From NCBI GenBank assembly GCA_028534125.1, contig CM052817.1, positions 59,584,001-59,648,000 on the forward strand: 64,000 nucleotides of DNA. The letters are read 5' to 3'. Below, piece by piece: positions 13,475 to 24,554 of the stretch. Position 1 is the first letter of the stretch. Each line of letters starts with the position of its first letter. This DNA comes from Lama glama. Its lineage: Eukaryota. The notes beneath the pieces were generated by a model, which worked only from the letters and a program-made list of their open reading frames with translations, was not told where the DNA came from and did no database searches. The position numbers and the translations under genes were made by a program.

Positions 13475-13625
13475 CTTTATTTATCATTCATTTATTAAAT
13501 TACTTAAAAAGAAAATACTCATTCAAATGTCAAGTGCCTTTATGTGATGGTGTGCTAGGTGCTGGTAATTTTAGAGCAGCACATGTACAAATGTGGTCTC
13601 TTGGGAAGCTTACATTCTACTATAA
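13475..13625 (-). mobile_element. L2 3' fragment
   Basis: tcattcatttatt...gtgcctttatgtgatggtgtgctaggtgctgg...gcttacattcta is the reverse L2 3' end. Confidence 0.6.
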
Positions 13626-14171
13626 ATCTCATACAGGGAACTTTTGAAGATAGTAAATGACTTCTCAAATCGAGAAAGTAAAGTGAAACCCGGGATGAGA
13701 GATGAAATTGTTATTACAAGCAAAAATTCAAAGTTTGCGGTTTGACTGCCTAGTCTACACATTAATATCGGTTATACAAATTCTGCTAAATAGAAAAGTC
13801 CTTTCTTGAGTATTTGTTTAAGGAGATTCCCTAGACTACAGTTGTTTTGAGTTATGACATACCAAAGCGCTAATAAATTAACAGTTGTATCCATGCCTGT
13901 AAGCCAGCAATAATAAAAGAGTATGCTTCAAATCTCAATTCTAGGGGTGGTCAATGCAGGTCACATTCAGTTAACCCATTCACATCTTACCAGGTTGAAC
14001 TGTTTCAAATCAAGCCTGATAAAAAAAGAGAAAGGCAAGATAGAGCCCTAATGCCCTGTTTATGCATAATCTCAAGTGAGTTAGCTTTTTTTAATTTCAG
14101 AGGTACTTGAAAATATATAGTAGCCATTTCCTATATGCTAAACATTAAGTTTTATCCTAAACATTAAGATC

Positions 14172-14790
14172 ATGGCAGCCTTGCCCTCCAGTGGCTCACT
14201 GACGGCCACCCACCACTGCTGCCGGCGCCGCCCGGGCTCAACTACCAGTAACCGCTGCTGCAGAAGTGCGGAGTACCCTGGGGAAGCCATCCTCCGCCAC
14301 CTCCCGGTCTTCCAAACGTCTACCAGGGACACTGGTGGGCTAGCTTCTTTTTCGGGTAGTCCACTCTCCCAGTCATGGCCACAGTGTTGGAGTCCCCAGA
14401 GCACTCGGAATTGCCCCAGACCTCCACCAGCAGGATCACCTGTGACCTGGCTCAGGGAAGTAGCAGCCTGGCGGCCAGCCTGGCAAAACCAGCTCCGGGC
14501 CCCCGTCCTGAGTGGCTGCCACTAGCTGCCAGGCTTCCTTCCAAGGCACTAGGCTCCTGAGAGCCGCCCCCCTCCTCTTCCCTACCCACCCCCCACCCAA
14601 GACTAAGCAGGCTACAGCCAACAGAAAGTTGGGATCTTTAATATTAAAACAGCAAAACACCAAAAAGGAAGTTGAGAGAACCCCATTCTTTACTATCCAA
14701 GCCACACAAGAGCCTTCCTGACACCTCATAACCCTGTGCCATGTACCAAATAGAAAACAAACTCCAAGCAGCAATCAAAAAAGAAAAAAG
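14172..14790 (+). pseudogene. PPDPF: Processed pseudogene (retrocopy) of PPDPF, pancreatic progenitor cell differentiation and proliferation factor
   Basis: Frame 1 MAALPSSGSLTATHHCCRRRPGSTTSNRCCRSAEYPGEAI matches the PPDPF N-terminus as I recall it (MAAIPSSGSLVATHDYYRRRLGSTSSNSSC...PGEAIP). After a frameshift at ~14301 it reads PGLPNVYQGHWWASFFFG*STLPVMATVLESPEHSE (TAG at 14357-14359). After a second frameshift at ~14455-14460 it reads QPGGQPGKTSSGPPS-TGA (14509-14511). No introns; presumed 3' UTR and an A-rich tail at 14777-14789. Confidence 0.93.
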
Positions 14791-14806
14791 AGAGAGAGAG
14801 AGAGAG
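14789..14806. repeat. (AG)9 microsatellite at the retrocopy A-rich tail
   Basis: agagagagagagagagag directly after aaaaaagaaaaaa. Confidence 0.9.
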
Positions 14807-17179
14807 AACAAAGAATAGTGAAGAGAAGATGAAAATGTTTTCAAAAAATGTAAAAAGAAATAAAGGCTGAATTCAATTATAAAATTCACCTATGAATTTT
14901 GGTTCCACGATTCATTTGGGAAGGAGTAGCATCTAATAGCAATTGAATAAACTTATCTTTAAATTTATTAGAAGGTAATTAAAATAATGCAAACCTTTAA
15001 AACTTCCAGAGTACTAGCCTGAAAGGTAACACATTTAGTCCCTCTTTGTACACTTATAAGGCTATTTAAAGAGTCAAAAAATGTTTTTAAATCTGAGTTA
15101 TCCTTATCACATAATAGTTACAAATAAAAGCAAGTCAAGTAGTATACTCTCTATATGCTAATGTTATGGACAAGAACTTGAAAAATATTTTTTCTTCATA
15201 CCATATTGTGTTTCCATTTGGTTCAGTTCAACAAAGATGTTTTAAGCATCCTGCAGATAAAAAAAAAATTGCACTAAACTTAATAATCAAGATACTCAAC
15301 AGACAGGTTGACCAATTTCCTAAAAACTTTTATCTGAAATTTTTCTACATTTATATATGATGTGGTTCAACCTTATAATTTTGATTGTAAGAGTCACTAC
15401 CACATGATCTGTGGTACATATGTTTGTATATAATATATATTAAATTATATAATTCTCCCCAAATATACTACATAATGCAAACAAAATATAAAAAAATCTT
15501 ATAAAGACAGTCTAATATGAAATAAAGTTGTAGAGGAAATAGGATAAAATATAAGTGGTTAAGTACAGAGAGAAAATTTTAAAAACACTCAAAAATTCCA
15601 ACAGGGATTTTTGTATAACCACATTATTTATGAATGGACAATAACATTATGATAAGGGAGCTATCTGTAGGAAGGACAGAGTTCCTCAGGTAGGGCAAGT
15701 AGGTTAATAATATAGAATATAGTAAACCAACTATATAATATGGATTTAAAAATTAAAGATAACTTTTGTTTATACACACTCAAATGTAAGTGTTTTTCTT
15801 TTGGAAATGAAAATTTCTCTTATCTGGAGGTGCGGGTGGTGTATTTGCTCTTCTATTCAGCTTTTTCACACACATGGAAGTAAACATATAGACAACCAGT
15901 ATACAAATGTGTTAACACAGCCTTCTATATCTCCTTCTTCAAGTGTTTCAGAAGAAATTTTGAATGAATGCTTTAACTGCTTTGTTACTGCAACAACTTG
16001 AAGACAACAAAGTATTTGATTTTTATGTTTTCACTAGTGTGAGGAAATCACACAGCCTTTTAAAGTGCCTGGCCTAACTGTCCCAAGTTGAACCCAAAAC
16101 TCTGTTATATTAAAGAGGAACAAAGAAAACCTTGTTGAAATATTATTTTCCTTTTGTTCTTGAAATTATAAAGAATATAATTTATCAATTGATTAAAAAT
16201 AAATTAAACAAAAACAGTACTGATAAAATTGTAAAGGTGTCAGTGAACATCTGTAAAATAGTGATAGGTAAATGTCAAAGTAAACTATTTTTAACCATGA
16301 TTTTCAGAAACGTAAAATCATCATGACTCTCATGCAGATATAAAATGGGCATATGTCAAAAGCTTATGTAATTTAGTAGAGAGAACCAGTAAGTTGTAAA
16401 AACCAAAGAGCATTTGAAAAGGCTAGATATTTTGGGGCAATGATAGAAGAATACACATGACTCAAGTTCAACAGTGACATAAATCTTTTCAATCTTTGGA
16501 GTTATCTTTTCTATTAAATAAAAATTATTTCCATTTTTATGTTTTTTTTAAGTCTACAAGTTAACTTCTATCCCTGCACAATTCTAAAAAAAGACCAGAC
16601 AATAGGAAATTAAACTCAGTCAGCACTGAATTTTAAAAAATCCAATAATCTTGTTATCTTGCTTTCAAGTTTTGGGTAAATTTTTGACAGTATGAAGTAT
16701 AAATGTAATGGAAAACTCTTTGAAGACTGGTGAAGATGGACTCCAAAAATGTGTGTTTTGTTAAAAACTGATCAGGAGATTCTGATACATAACTTAAAAT
16801 TATGAATCACATTAGAGCTGACATGCCTTATTCAGTGGAACAAAAAAGTCCTTTTTTTTCCCTACAGGAGTATTTAAACGTTCAATATTAAAAACAGTAG
16901 CTGTTGAAGAGTTCAAAATAGAATGTTTTCAAGGCTTTATGATTTTTCCCATAATTCTTGGAAATAGTAAGAACTGCCAGTATTATGCCTCATGATTCTT
17001 TTATTTTCCTTCCCTTGATAAGCTACTAATTTGATAAGTCTTTGAACAGTTTATGAGGTATATTTATACAGTTCATTACAAATTTAAGATTTGAACTGAG
17101 TTTTCTTCCTCTGCTGAGAAGAGGTTTTCCTCAACGTGAAATTAAAAAACTGTATTAGGTGAGAGATTGAAATGATAAA

Positions 17180-17660
17180 TTTAGTTAGCATAGTTCTGTC
17201 TGTCTGGTATCTATTTTCCCCTCCCTTTTTTTTTTTTTTGGTATTACATTTGGATTTTCCTTAAACTAATTCTCCACTCTTTGGAGTCTATCTGTTTTGC
17301 ATGGAGCTTTCCTCAACTACTCCTTGAATTCAGAAGAGGCTTTGGTGTTGAGACAAGTCAATCTGAGTCACTACAACTGGTTTAAGAACAGCCACTTGAC
17401 ACAATCTAGGCTGCTGGGAATCACTGGAATTATTATGAAAGGGGCAGTCACTTTTCACTGATGTTTTCTCAGTGTCACAATATCATAATGCAGTTATTCT
17501 AATTGTCTTTGCCATTACAGTCTGCAAAGAGAGAAACTAAAACACAAGAAAGTAGATCCCACAGAAAAGAATGTCACCTTGTTGATGGGAGCATTTCAGC
17601 ACTTGGATTTAGCTCTTTTTAAACCCAAATTTACACTTGGACTTTCAGAAGTCCTGTCAC
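17180..17660. mobile_element. Ancient ERVL/MaLR-type LTR remnant (subfamily uncertain)
   Basis: ctgtctgtctggtatctattttcccctccc start and ...cagcacttggatt...ggactttcag end resemble LTR16/LTR33/MLT1-type LTRs; highly degenerate. Confidence 0.35.
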
Positions 17661-17889
17661 TTTTTACTTTCTCCCTCTGAAAGAAGAACTTTGACTTGTC
17701 TTCTGTTAAATAAATGGTCATGTGCTCCAAAAAAACTGCCACAGAAACATATGAAAATATAAGACCCAGAACCCAAGCAAGATTCCGGAGCTATACATTT
17801 TAGTCTTGAGAGTTAGAGATGAAAAAGTTCAAGATAGAAAATAAGGTAGGATGTGAGTGAGTACTGGAAGTCTATGCTATACTTGCTCA

Positions 17890-18375
17890 AATCTTATTAG
17901 GTTGAGAATTATAGAAATCAACTCAAGCTAGCTTAAGAAATATTTTTAATGGGAAACTTATTAGAAGAAGGCTGGACGATTTGGGAGATATTAGTCACAG
18001 CACCACCTGGGGCAAGCAATCAAACAGTCCTCTTTTTTCCTACTTTCTCTCTCTGCTCCTCTGTACATCTTCTCTTGCTGGGCAGAGACTGCCTCTCTAT
18101 GCACAAGCGGTCAGTCAGAATATAACCCTTGAAAAGTTCCTCAGGTCAAATCTCCTAAGTTCTCGAATAAATAGAAGTTGTCCTTGTCTCTGGATCCCAA
18201 TTCCTGATTCATGGGAGATAGATTCCTATTGACCCACCGGGGTATGGTTTGGCTGCCAGAATCTCACTCCAGTTAATGAGACAAATGGGGTGGAGGGGAG
18301 GGGTAGAGGGAAGTGGCAGATGACGGAGAAACAGTGTCATTGAAAGTTGGGCAGATATCCAAAAAGTGTCCAGTA
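17890..18375. mobile_element. Old MaLR LTR (MLT1J/K/L-like)
   Basis: aggttgagaattatagaaatcaactcaagctagcttaagaaa and tgtctctggatcccaattcc...gggagatagattcctattgaccca...gggcagatatccaaaaagtgtcca. Confidence 0.5.
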
Positions 18376-18689
18376 TACTTTTTAAAGTCTCAAACTAGCT
18401 TCAACATTTTTCATTTTCTAAAATTTCTGTTGTTTTGTTTTATTGTCAGTTTTGGCATACTGTGCAACATCTAAAGACTATTGTAACAAAACTCTATATA
18501 GAATAATTTTACCAGGTAGAAATATACATTTTAATGAATATTGTATTCATGCTAGTGATTTACCTCAGTTTTCTTGTTTTCTTTCTTTCTTTCTTTGAGC
18601 CTAAGGTGCTGAAAGTTGAGTTAATAATTTCCTTCATTTCCTAAAATACAGCTATCATTTGGTCACACAAAATTTTCTCGTATTTATTT

Positions 18690-19550
18690 GTCCCTTTCTC
18701 CTCTCCTCATTCCCATCCTTCTCTCATTCCCCACAAAGGTAACTCTAATGTATTAATCATAAATTCTTGCACAGATTACAGATGTAAAGCATATAGAATT
18801 GTTTTATATACATGTATTTCAATTTAAATGAATTTTGTTGTGCTATAGAGTTTGTCTATTTCTTTCTCTCTTTTTCCTGCTCATTGCTATGTTTTTATGA
18901 TTTAGTCATTTTGCTGGCTGTCTAACCAGTCATTTACTTCTCTTCCTTACTTAGTATTCCTCCTGAAATGGGCAATTAGATTGTGTACAATTGCCCGCTA
19001 CCACAAGCAGAGCTTGTGAAGTCCTCGTGTGTCCTTTTCGTGATATTATTGAGGAAATCTCTGGGATACTTTCCAAGAAGTGAAATTTTTGTAGACATAA
19101 GGATTTCATACACTTAATGTGGACTTCATGCACTTAGTGTAACAAGAGAGCTGCCAGATAGTTCTCTAATGCCTACTTTAGAGTCTCATCCACTAGAGTT
19201 TCCACATCTCTGATAATACTTGCTTTTATTCATTACTCAATTATTAGCCAATAAGTGGTATTTCCTTGGTGCTTTAATTTAGAGTATCCCTAAGTACTTC
19301 TTAGCTATTTGGTTTTCCAGTCTATGAATTATCTGTCATATAATAAACTCATTTTTAAGGAGAGTTTCTTGTCTTATTTATTGATTTGCAGGAGATTCTT
19401 GTATCTGGTAAATGTATCTATTGCCTCTTTTGTTACATAGAAATTACTAATCTTATTGTAATCAAATCTACTTATTTCTCTTCTTGTGATTTGTGCTTCT
19501 TGCATCTTGTTAAAGCAGGTTTTTCCAATAACATAATCATAGAAATACAA
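18690..19550 (-). mobile_element. Ancient L1 (L1ME-like) 3' region
   Basis: ccccacaaaggtaact..., ctgggatactttccaagaagtgaaatt, gctgccagatagttctc, ggtatttccttggtgctttaattt, ttgatttgcaggagattcttgtat are antisense L1 ORF2-end/3' UTR motifs. Confidence 0.7.
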
Positions 19551-20535
19551 TTAAAAATTTTCAATTACTTTCCTTATTTAACTCTTGACTATTTTCTTCT
19601 TTCTGATATATATACATTTTAGGATTAAACCCAAAGCAAGGCCAAAACTTTAAATGAATATGTAATAAAAGAATAAATTTAAACAAATGTTCTTTGAAGT
19701 GGGTCTACTGAACAAATTTTTTAGACCTAAAATTCTACTTTTCTTGGTAGGAGTAATGAATTTTAAGGAAGTTTTGAAGGAATTTGCTAATTGTATACCT
19801 GGCTATGATAAGGCTACTTTTGGTAAGTAAGAAGGATGATATAATGACTACTAAAGGCAATTTAAGCAAAGGCAAAATTAAGGGACCATTACAGATTAAG
19901 AGAATGCTTAATCCTGGTCTAAAGAACCCATTTCAACCAATAGTTCCTGTACGTGGTGCTTGCTATAATGTCTTCCTATTTTTATGAAACAAGTCTGTAG
20001 TTATCTCTACTTTATCTGAATAAAATAACTATCTCTACTTTATCGGCATAAAATATGTAAATATTTCCCTACTTATTGCAATGCTTTATTTACTTCCCAG
20101 CTGTAGATAATTCACTGATTAATAATTTTAAAATTGATCTTAATAGAGAATATCAAGCCATATATTATCAAAATTAAATGTTATTAACAAAAATTTATTC
20201 TCCTATGTGAAATCTTACCTTTTTTTTTTTCTGCTTCACTTAGTAGAAAAAAATTTCATAGGGATTCTGAGGGATTTTGCCATTGATAGAGATTTTCTGC
20301 CAAACAGATGGTTCCCACTTAACAATCAGATTTGCCTACAGAATACAAATGAATGGCTAAGAGATGAGGAAATGGAAAGAGTTGAGGGAGAAAAAGGAGT
20401 GTTTTTCTGGTAGCTGATCATACTACTATGTGTGCTCACTGCTTATGACTATCCACTGCTCATCCCTCTAACCATCTCCCAGAATACTCATCTCAATGAT
20501 GACAATTCATTGGAAAATATCAGCTACAAGGTGGA

Positions 20536-20715
20536 GCACTTCACACACATTATCTTATGGAATTTAATAGTCTCAACAACCCTCTGGTTCACATGTCCCC
20601 ATTTTACAATTGAGGTATTGAGATAAGGGAGCTTAAGTCCAAGGCCAACAGTAAGTGCTGGAGTAGGGATTCAAGCCCAGATTTCGCTGATTCCAAATCT
20701 ACTCCCTTAGCTTCA
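20536..20715 (-). mobile_element. MIR SINE
   Basis: gcacttcacacacattatc...ctcaacaaccct...ccccattttacaattgagg...gtccaaggccaacagtaagtg...gggattcaagcccag. Confidence 0.8.
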
Positions 20716-22499
20716 GTACTGTCATCTCCACTTGCTAGAACTTCCTCAGACTTTTTTCCAAAAATTATCCCCTATTCAAGAAGCTAATTTTTTTATACCT
20801 TAACTAGCTCTTATGGCATATGGAAGAGTTCAATGATTTTCTTTGAGCATTTCCCAAATGGTACGCTTTCACATGGTAGTGAATCTGTGACACTAGTGAC
20901 ATAGTTTTGACATGAGTTAAAAATTTGCTTATATCTCTCAAAATTACTTTTGTATTTTTCATTTATTTAGGTGATTTTTTTTTCCATTTGCAAGTAGGAA
21001 TTGTTCTACTGGTTAATTTTCAGGATAAAGTGGTTTGGAAAGTTTTAATATTGATATAAAGAAATTTATCAATTAAAAAAGAAAGTAAATTTTCTGGGAA
21101 ACTGTTTAATCTCTCAGGTAATCATTATGTTGTAGGACAAAAAGGGTTGTATTTACATTGGCTTAACAGGAATAGGCCACCTTTCAGATCGTGCTCCTAA
21201 TATCTAACCTATATTTTGCTTTCTTTAGCTTCCAGTCATTGCTCTTTGTCCTTATGTCTTCTGAGACTATGAATAATTCCCTTCATTCATTATATTGGTA
21301 CCCAGGGGGTATTATTTATAGATTGTGAACATGGCTTACTTCAGTTTTCTCTTTTTGAGACACACAAATTAAGTTTTTTCATTTGTTTCTTATATCTTTC
21401 TCTCTCTCTCTCTTTTTTTTTTTTTTTTATCCCTTCTATTCTCTTTTGGGCTTTCTCAGATTATCCTAAATACTTCCTAAACTTTGTGAGGAAGAAATAT
21501 ACAGAAAATTTAAAAAGTGGTTTCAGACTGATTCAACTGGGTAGACAATTACCTTTCTTATTCCAGTGTTACATCTTTGGCTGAGCTATGTAGATTGAAT
21601 TTAAGTCTCTGGCATTAACCACTACTATGTAAACGAATTTATTCTGCAAATGTAGTTGGTCACTATAGGACCATTTCAATGCTTTGATATGTAAATTCAA
21701 CTAGAATCTGATTTAAGTCTTTTAATCTGTAGCAGTAAGTTCTAAAGCTTTAAGTTTGGTTAGAAATACAATTAATATTTTTGATTACTCGATTAGTTTC
21801 CAGGCACAGTGCTACTTATTAGGATAAGTAACTGCAGTTTTGGGTTAATTTTTATTTAGTACAATTTCCTAACAAACTGAGTTCTTATCTTGTTCCACTA
21901 TACCAGTTGCTTTTAGATTTTAGAAATATGCTCTTTTACAGAAAGATAAAATTTACTTGAGAACATTGCATAATATACAACATTGCATAAAATACAACAT
22001 ATTCCAGACTATAGGGACAGAGGAGTACACATTAGGAACTGAAATCATGAAATCAGTCTGGAAAACCTATTTGTGTGTAGTTTAGAAAGATTTAAGGGCA
22101 GGAAATAGGTTTTTGTGTTGTTTTCGGGGGAAGAAAGACACCCTATTTCTGACAATACATGGACATTCTGTAGAAATCAAATACGTTATGAAATAGGAGG
22201 TCCAAAAAAAAAAAAAACCTGGTATTTTAGAAGGGTGAAATTAGAGCGAGAGAGGGAACTTTGGCCAGCAGATGTAAAAGTTCTCAGTTTCTAATCACGT
22301 GCAGAAAGGAGTTTGACACTGCTTCCCCTTTATTTTTCCACTAATTTTATACTTTTTTCCTTTTTTTACTATTCTGCTTCCTAACCCAAATCATTGTCAC
22401 TAATTCTGTTTTCCTTCAAGAAGATGAACAATATGAATAGAATCTCTGACCTAGAAACATGGGACTGTGTGCTCATTTCCCATTTAGTAAAGGTTTGTT

Positions 22500-23390
22500 G
22501 ATAATGATGAATGCTACACCCAAGAAATTGGAACACCAAAATTCTCCATCTGACCACAACCCATGACTCTTTCCCCTCTGTCAGACTCCTACTCCCAGTG
22601 AGCCTACTGTTTCACGTCATTGAAACCCATGCTTGGTCACTCCTTTGTTCTCTAACTCCACTAGCCCCTCCTGGCAGCACTCCCATCCTAACTCACACTG
22701 GACCCCATGATCCATCATTCCAAATACACTCTTGGTAGCACCTTCTCATCCATCACTCCCTTGACCATCTGCCTCACCTGTCTCACCAGTCTCCAACCCT
22801 AACATCCATTTTCTTTGCTTTTGCTCCCAGATTGCCAAATGCTGTTAGGGAAAATCACATAACTGAGCTGATTGTCTCCATTACAAATTTAATTTTCAAC
22901 CTCAGCTGGCCCCTTAAATCTGCTCAGCAATCCTTTTACTAACACTAATCAACAACTTTTCTCATTTCCCTTAGTGACTATTCCAAATCTTGCCCATATT
23001 TCTAAGGCCCTATGCCCCCACCTTGCCCGCTTATTCCCGGCAGGCTGCCAGCTCCCTACTTTACTAGGAAATTAGAAGCCAACCTGTATGAACTCTCTCA
23101 TCTTCCACATTTTCACCTCTAGAATTTATCTGTATCTCACCTGCTCCTGCTTCTTTCCCCTGTGTGTCAAAGAAAGAAGTATCCTGACACATTTGTAAAG
23201 CTAACTCTTCTACCTGGCCTTTGTTTCTAGCTGCTTTTGTCTATAACTGTACTTTGGCTTGTTAATTATTTTTTATTGTTTGCGTCTATAATTCCTCCCT
23301 CTAAGCTAACTCCTTTCTTTCATGAATAAATATGTCCAACTTTCAACTATTCTTAAAACTAAATAAAACCTGCAACTTACCATCTTTTCC
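22500..23390 (+). mobile_element. L2 LINE internal fragment
   Basis: C/T-rich L2 ORF2-like text: ggaaaatcacataactgagctgattgtctccattacaaatt...ctcagctggcccctt...tgctcagcaatccttttac...cctactttactaggaaattagaagcc. Confidence 0.7.
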
Positions 23391-23399
23391 TTTCCAATT

Positions 23400-23510
23400 T
23401 TTAATTCAGTAAAAGTACTGAGCATCTCACATATGTAGGTACTGTTATAGCCTCTGAAGATTTACTGGTAAATAAGACCAGGTTCCAGCCCTCATGTAGT
23501 TTATAGATTC
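23400..23510 (-). mobile_element. L2 3' end fragment
   Basis: attcagtaaaagtactgagcatctcac...aggtactgtt...aataagaccaggttccagccctcatgtagtttata. Confidence 0.6.
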
Positions 23511-23687
23511 TTCAAGAGGAGTCTCTATATACTTCCATTTTATATCCTAAACACTGTACTTGGTGACCTACCCTAGCATTCTATGGGAGGACATTGCTTT
23601 TATTGGTGGGTCTGAGACAAAAGCTTTGCGTTTTCCTGATTATAAGTTCTTATGCTTCAGTTGCCTTGGAACCTGAAGGAAGGATGC

Positions 23688-24209
23688 TGTGTTAGTTTCC
23701 TAGGACTGCCTTAGTCCTAGGAAAAAAATGGGTGACTTACAACAACAGAAATTTATTGCCTTATAGTTCTGGAGGACAGAAATCTGAAATCAAGATGTCA
23801 GCAGGGCTATGTTCTCTTGAACAGTTTGGGAGACAATCCTTCCTTGCCTTATCTGGCTTCTGGTATTTCTTAAGAATCTCTGAACTTCTGCTTGTAGATG
23901 CACCCCTATAATCTCCTGCCATGTTCTCCCTTTGGGATTTCATACAATTTTCCATCTATGCATGTCTGTTTCTGTGCCCAAGTTTCCCCTTTTTATAAGG
24001 ACACCAATTTGGTTTTTTGTTTGTTTGTTTTTATTGAAGTACAGTCAGTTAGGGCACCAATTTGTACTGGACTACTGTCCACCCCAATAACTTCATTTTA
24101 ACTTGATTACCTGTATAAAGACCCTATTTTCAAATAAGGTCACATTCTGAGCTACTGGAGTTTGGTACTCTAACGTATCTATTTTGGGGTTACAATTCAA
24201 CCAGTATCA
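23688..24209 (-). mobile_element. MaLR solo LTR (MLT1C/D-like) with intact 5-bp TSD
   Basis: TG...CA ends (tgtgttagtttcctagg ... caattcaaccagtatca); acaacagaaatttatt, gttctggagg, gaaatcaagatgtcagcagggc, aaataaggtcacattctgag. TSD GATGC at 23683-23687 and 24210-24214. Confidence 0.92.
24012..24050 (-). mobile_element. Extremely truncated L1 tail (~39 bp) inserted in the MLT1 LTR
   Basis: Reverse complement aactgactgtacttcaata-aaaacaaacaaacaaaaaac matches the L1 terminus at 45882-45909 (aactgactatacttcaatt+A). TSD aggacaccaatttg (23998-24011) / agggcaccaatttg (24051-24064). Confidence 0.85.
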
Positions 24210-24554
24210 GATGCTTTAGACAGAAATGAGACCCTGTTGCCTCCAGATGAACAGGATTTTTCAGATGTTTGGTCTGATGACTGACATGCTTAATATTGGT
24301 TATTAAGGCAAAGGGGTATCTTGTCTTAGGTATGTCTTAAAACTGCCGGTCTATTAATAAAAGTTAATGGAAGAGAACAGGCAGGACCAGTAGGGGCTCA
24401 TGTGTCTAAGGATTGAAATTTGGGGTTACAATAGAAGTTAAAGAACATCCTTCATTTAGGATGCTAAATGAGCACTAAAATAACAGGAAATTTCTTTCCT
24501 TTACAGTAGAGGGTAAATGGATTAGAGTAGAAGTTGATCTGATCAGCTTAAAAT

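Noticed and set aside
14138..14889. Overlapping ORFs 14138-14404(-), 14375-14560(+), 14436-14774(-), 14512-14721(+) and 14644-14889(-) as separate genes
   Set aside because: They are by-products of the GC-rich retrocopy and its tail; 14375-14560 is just the parental PPDPF frame after the premature stop.
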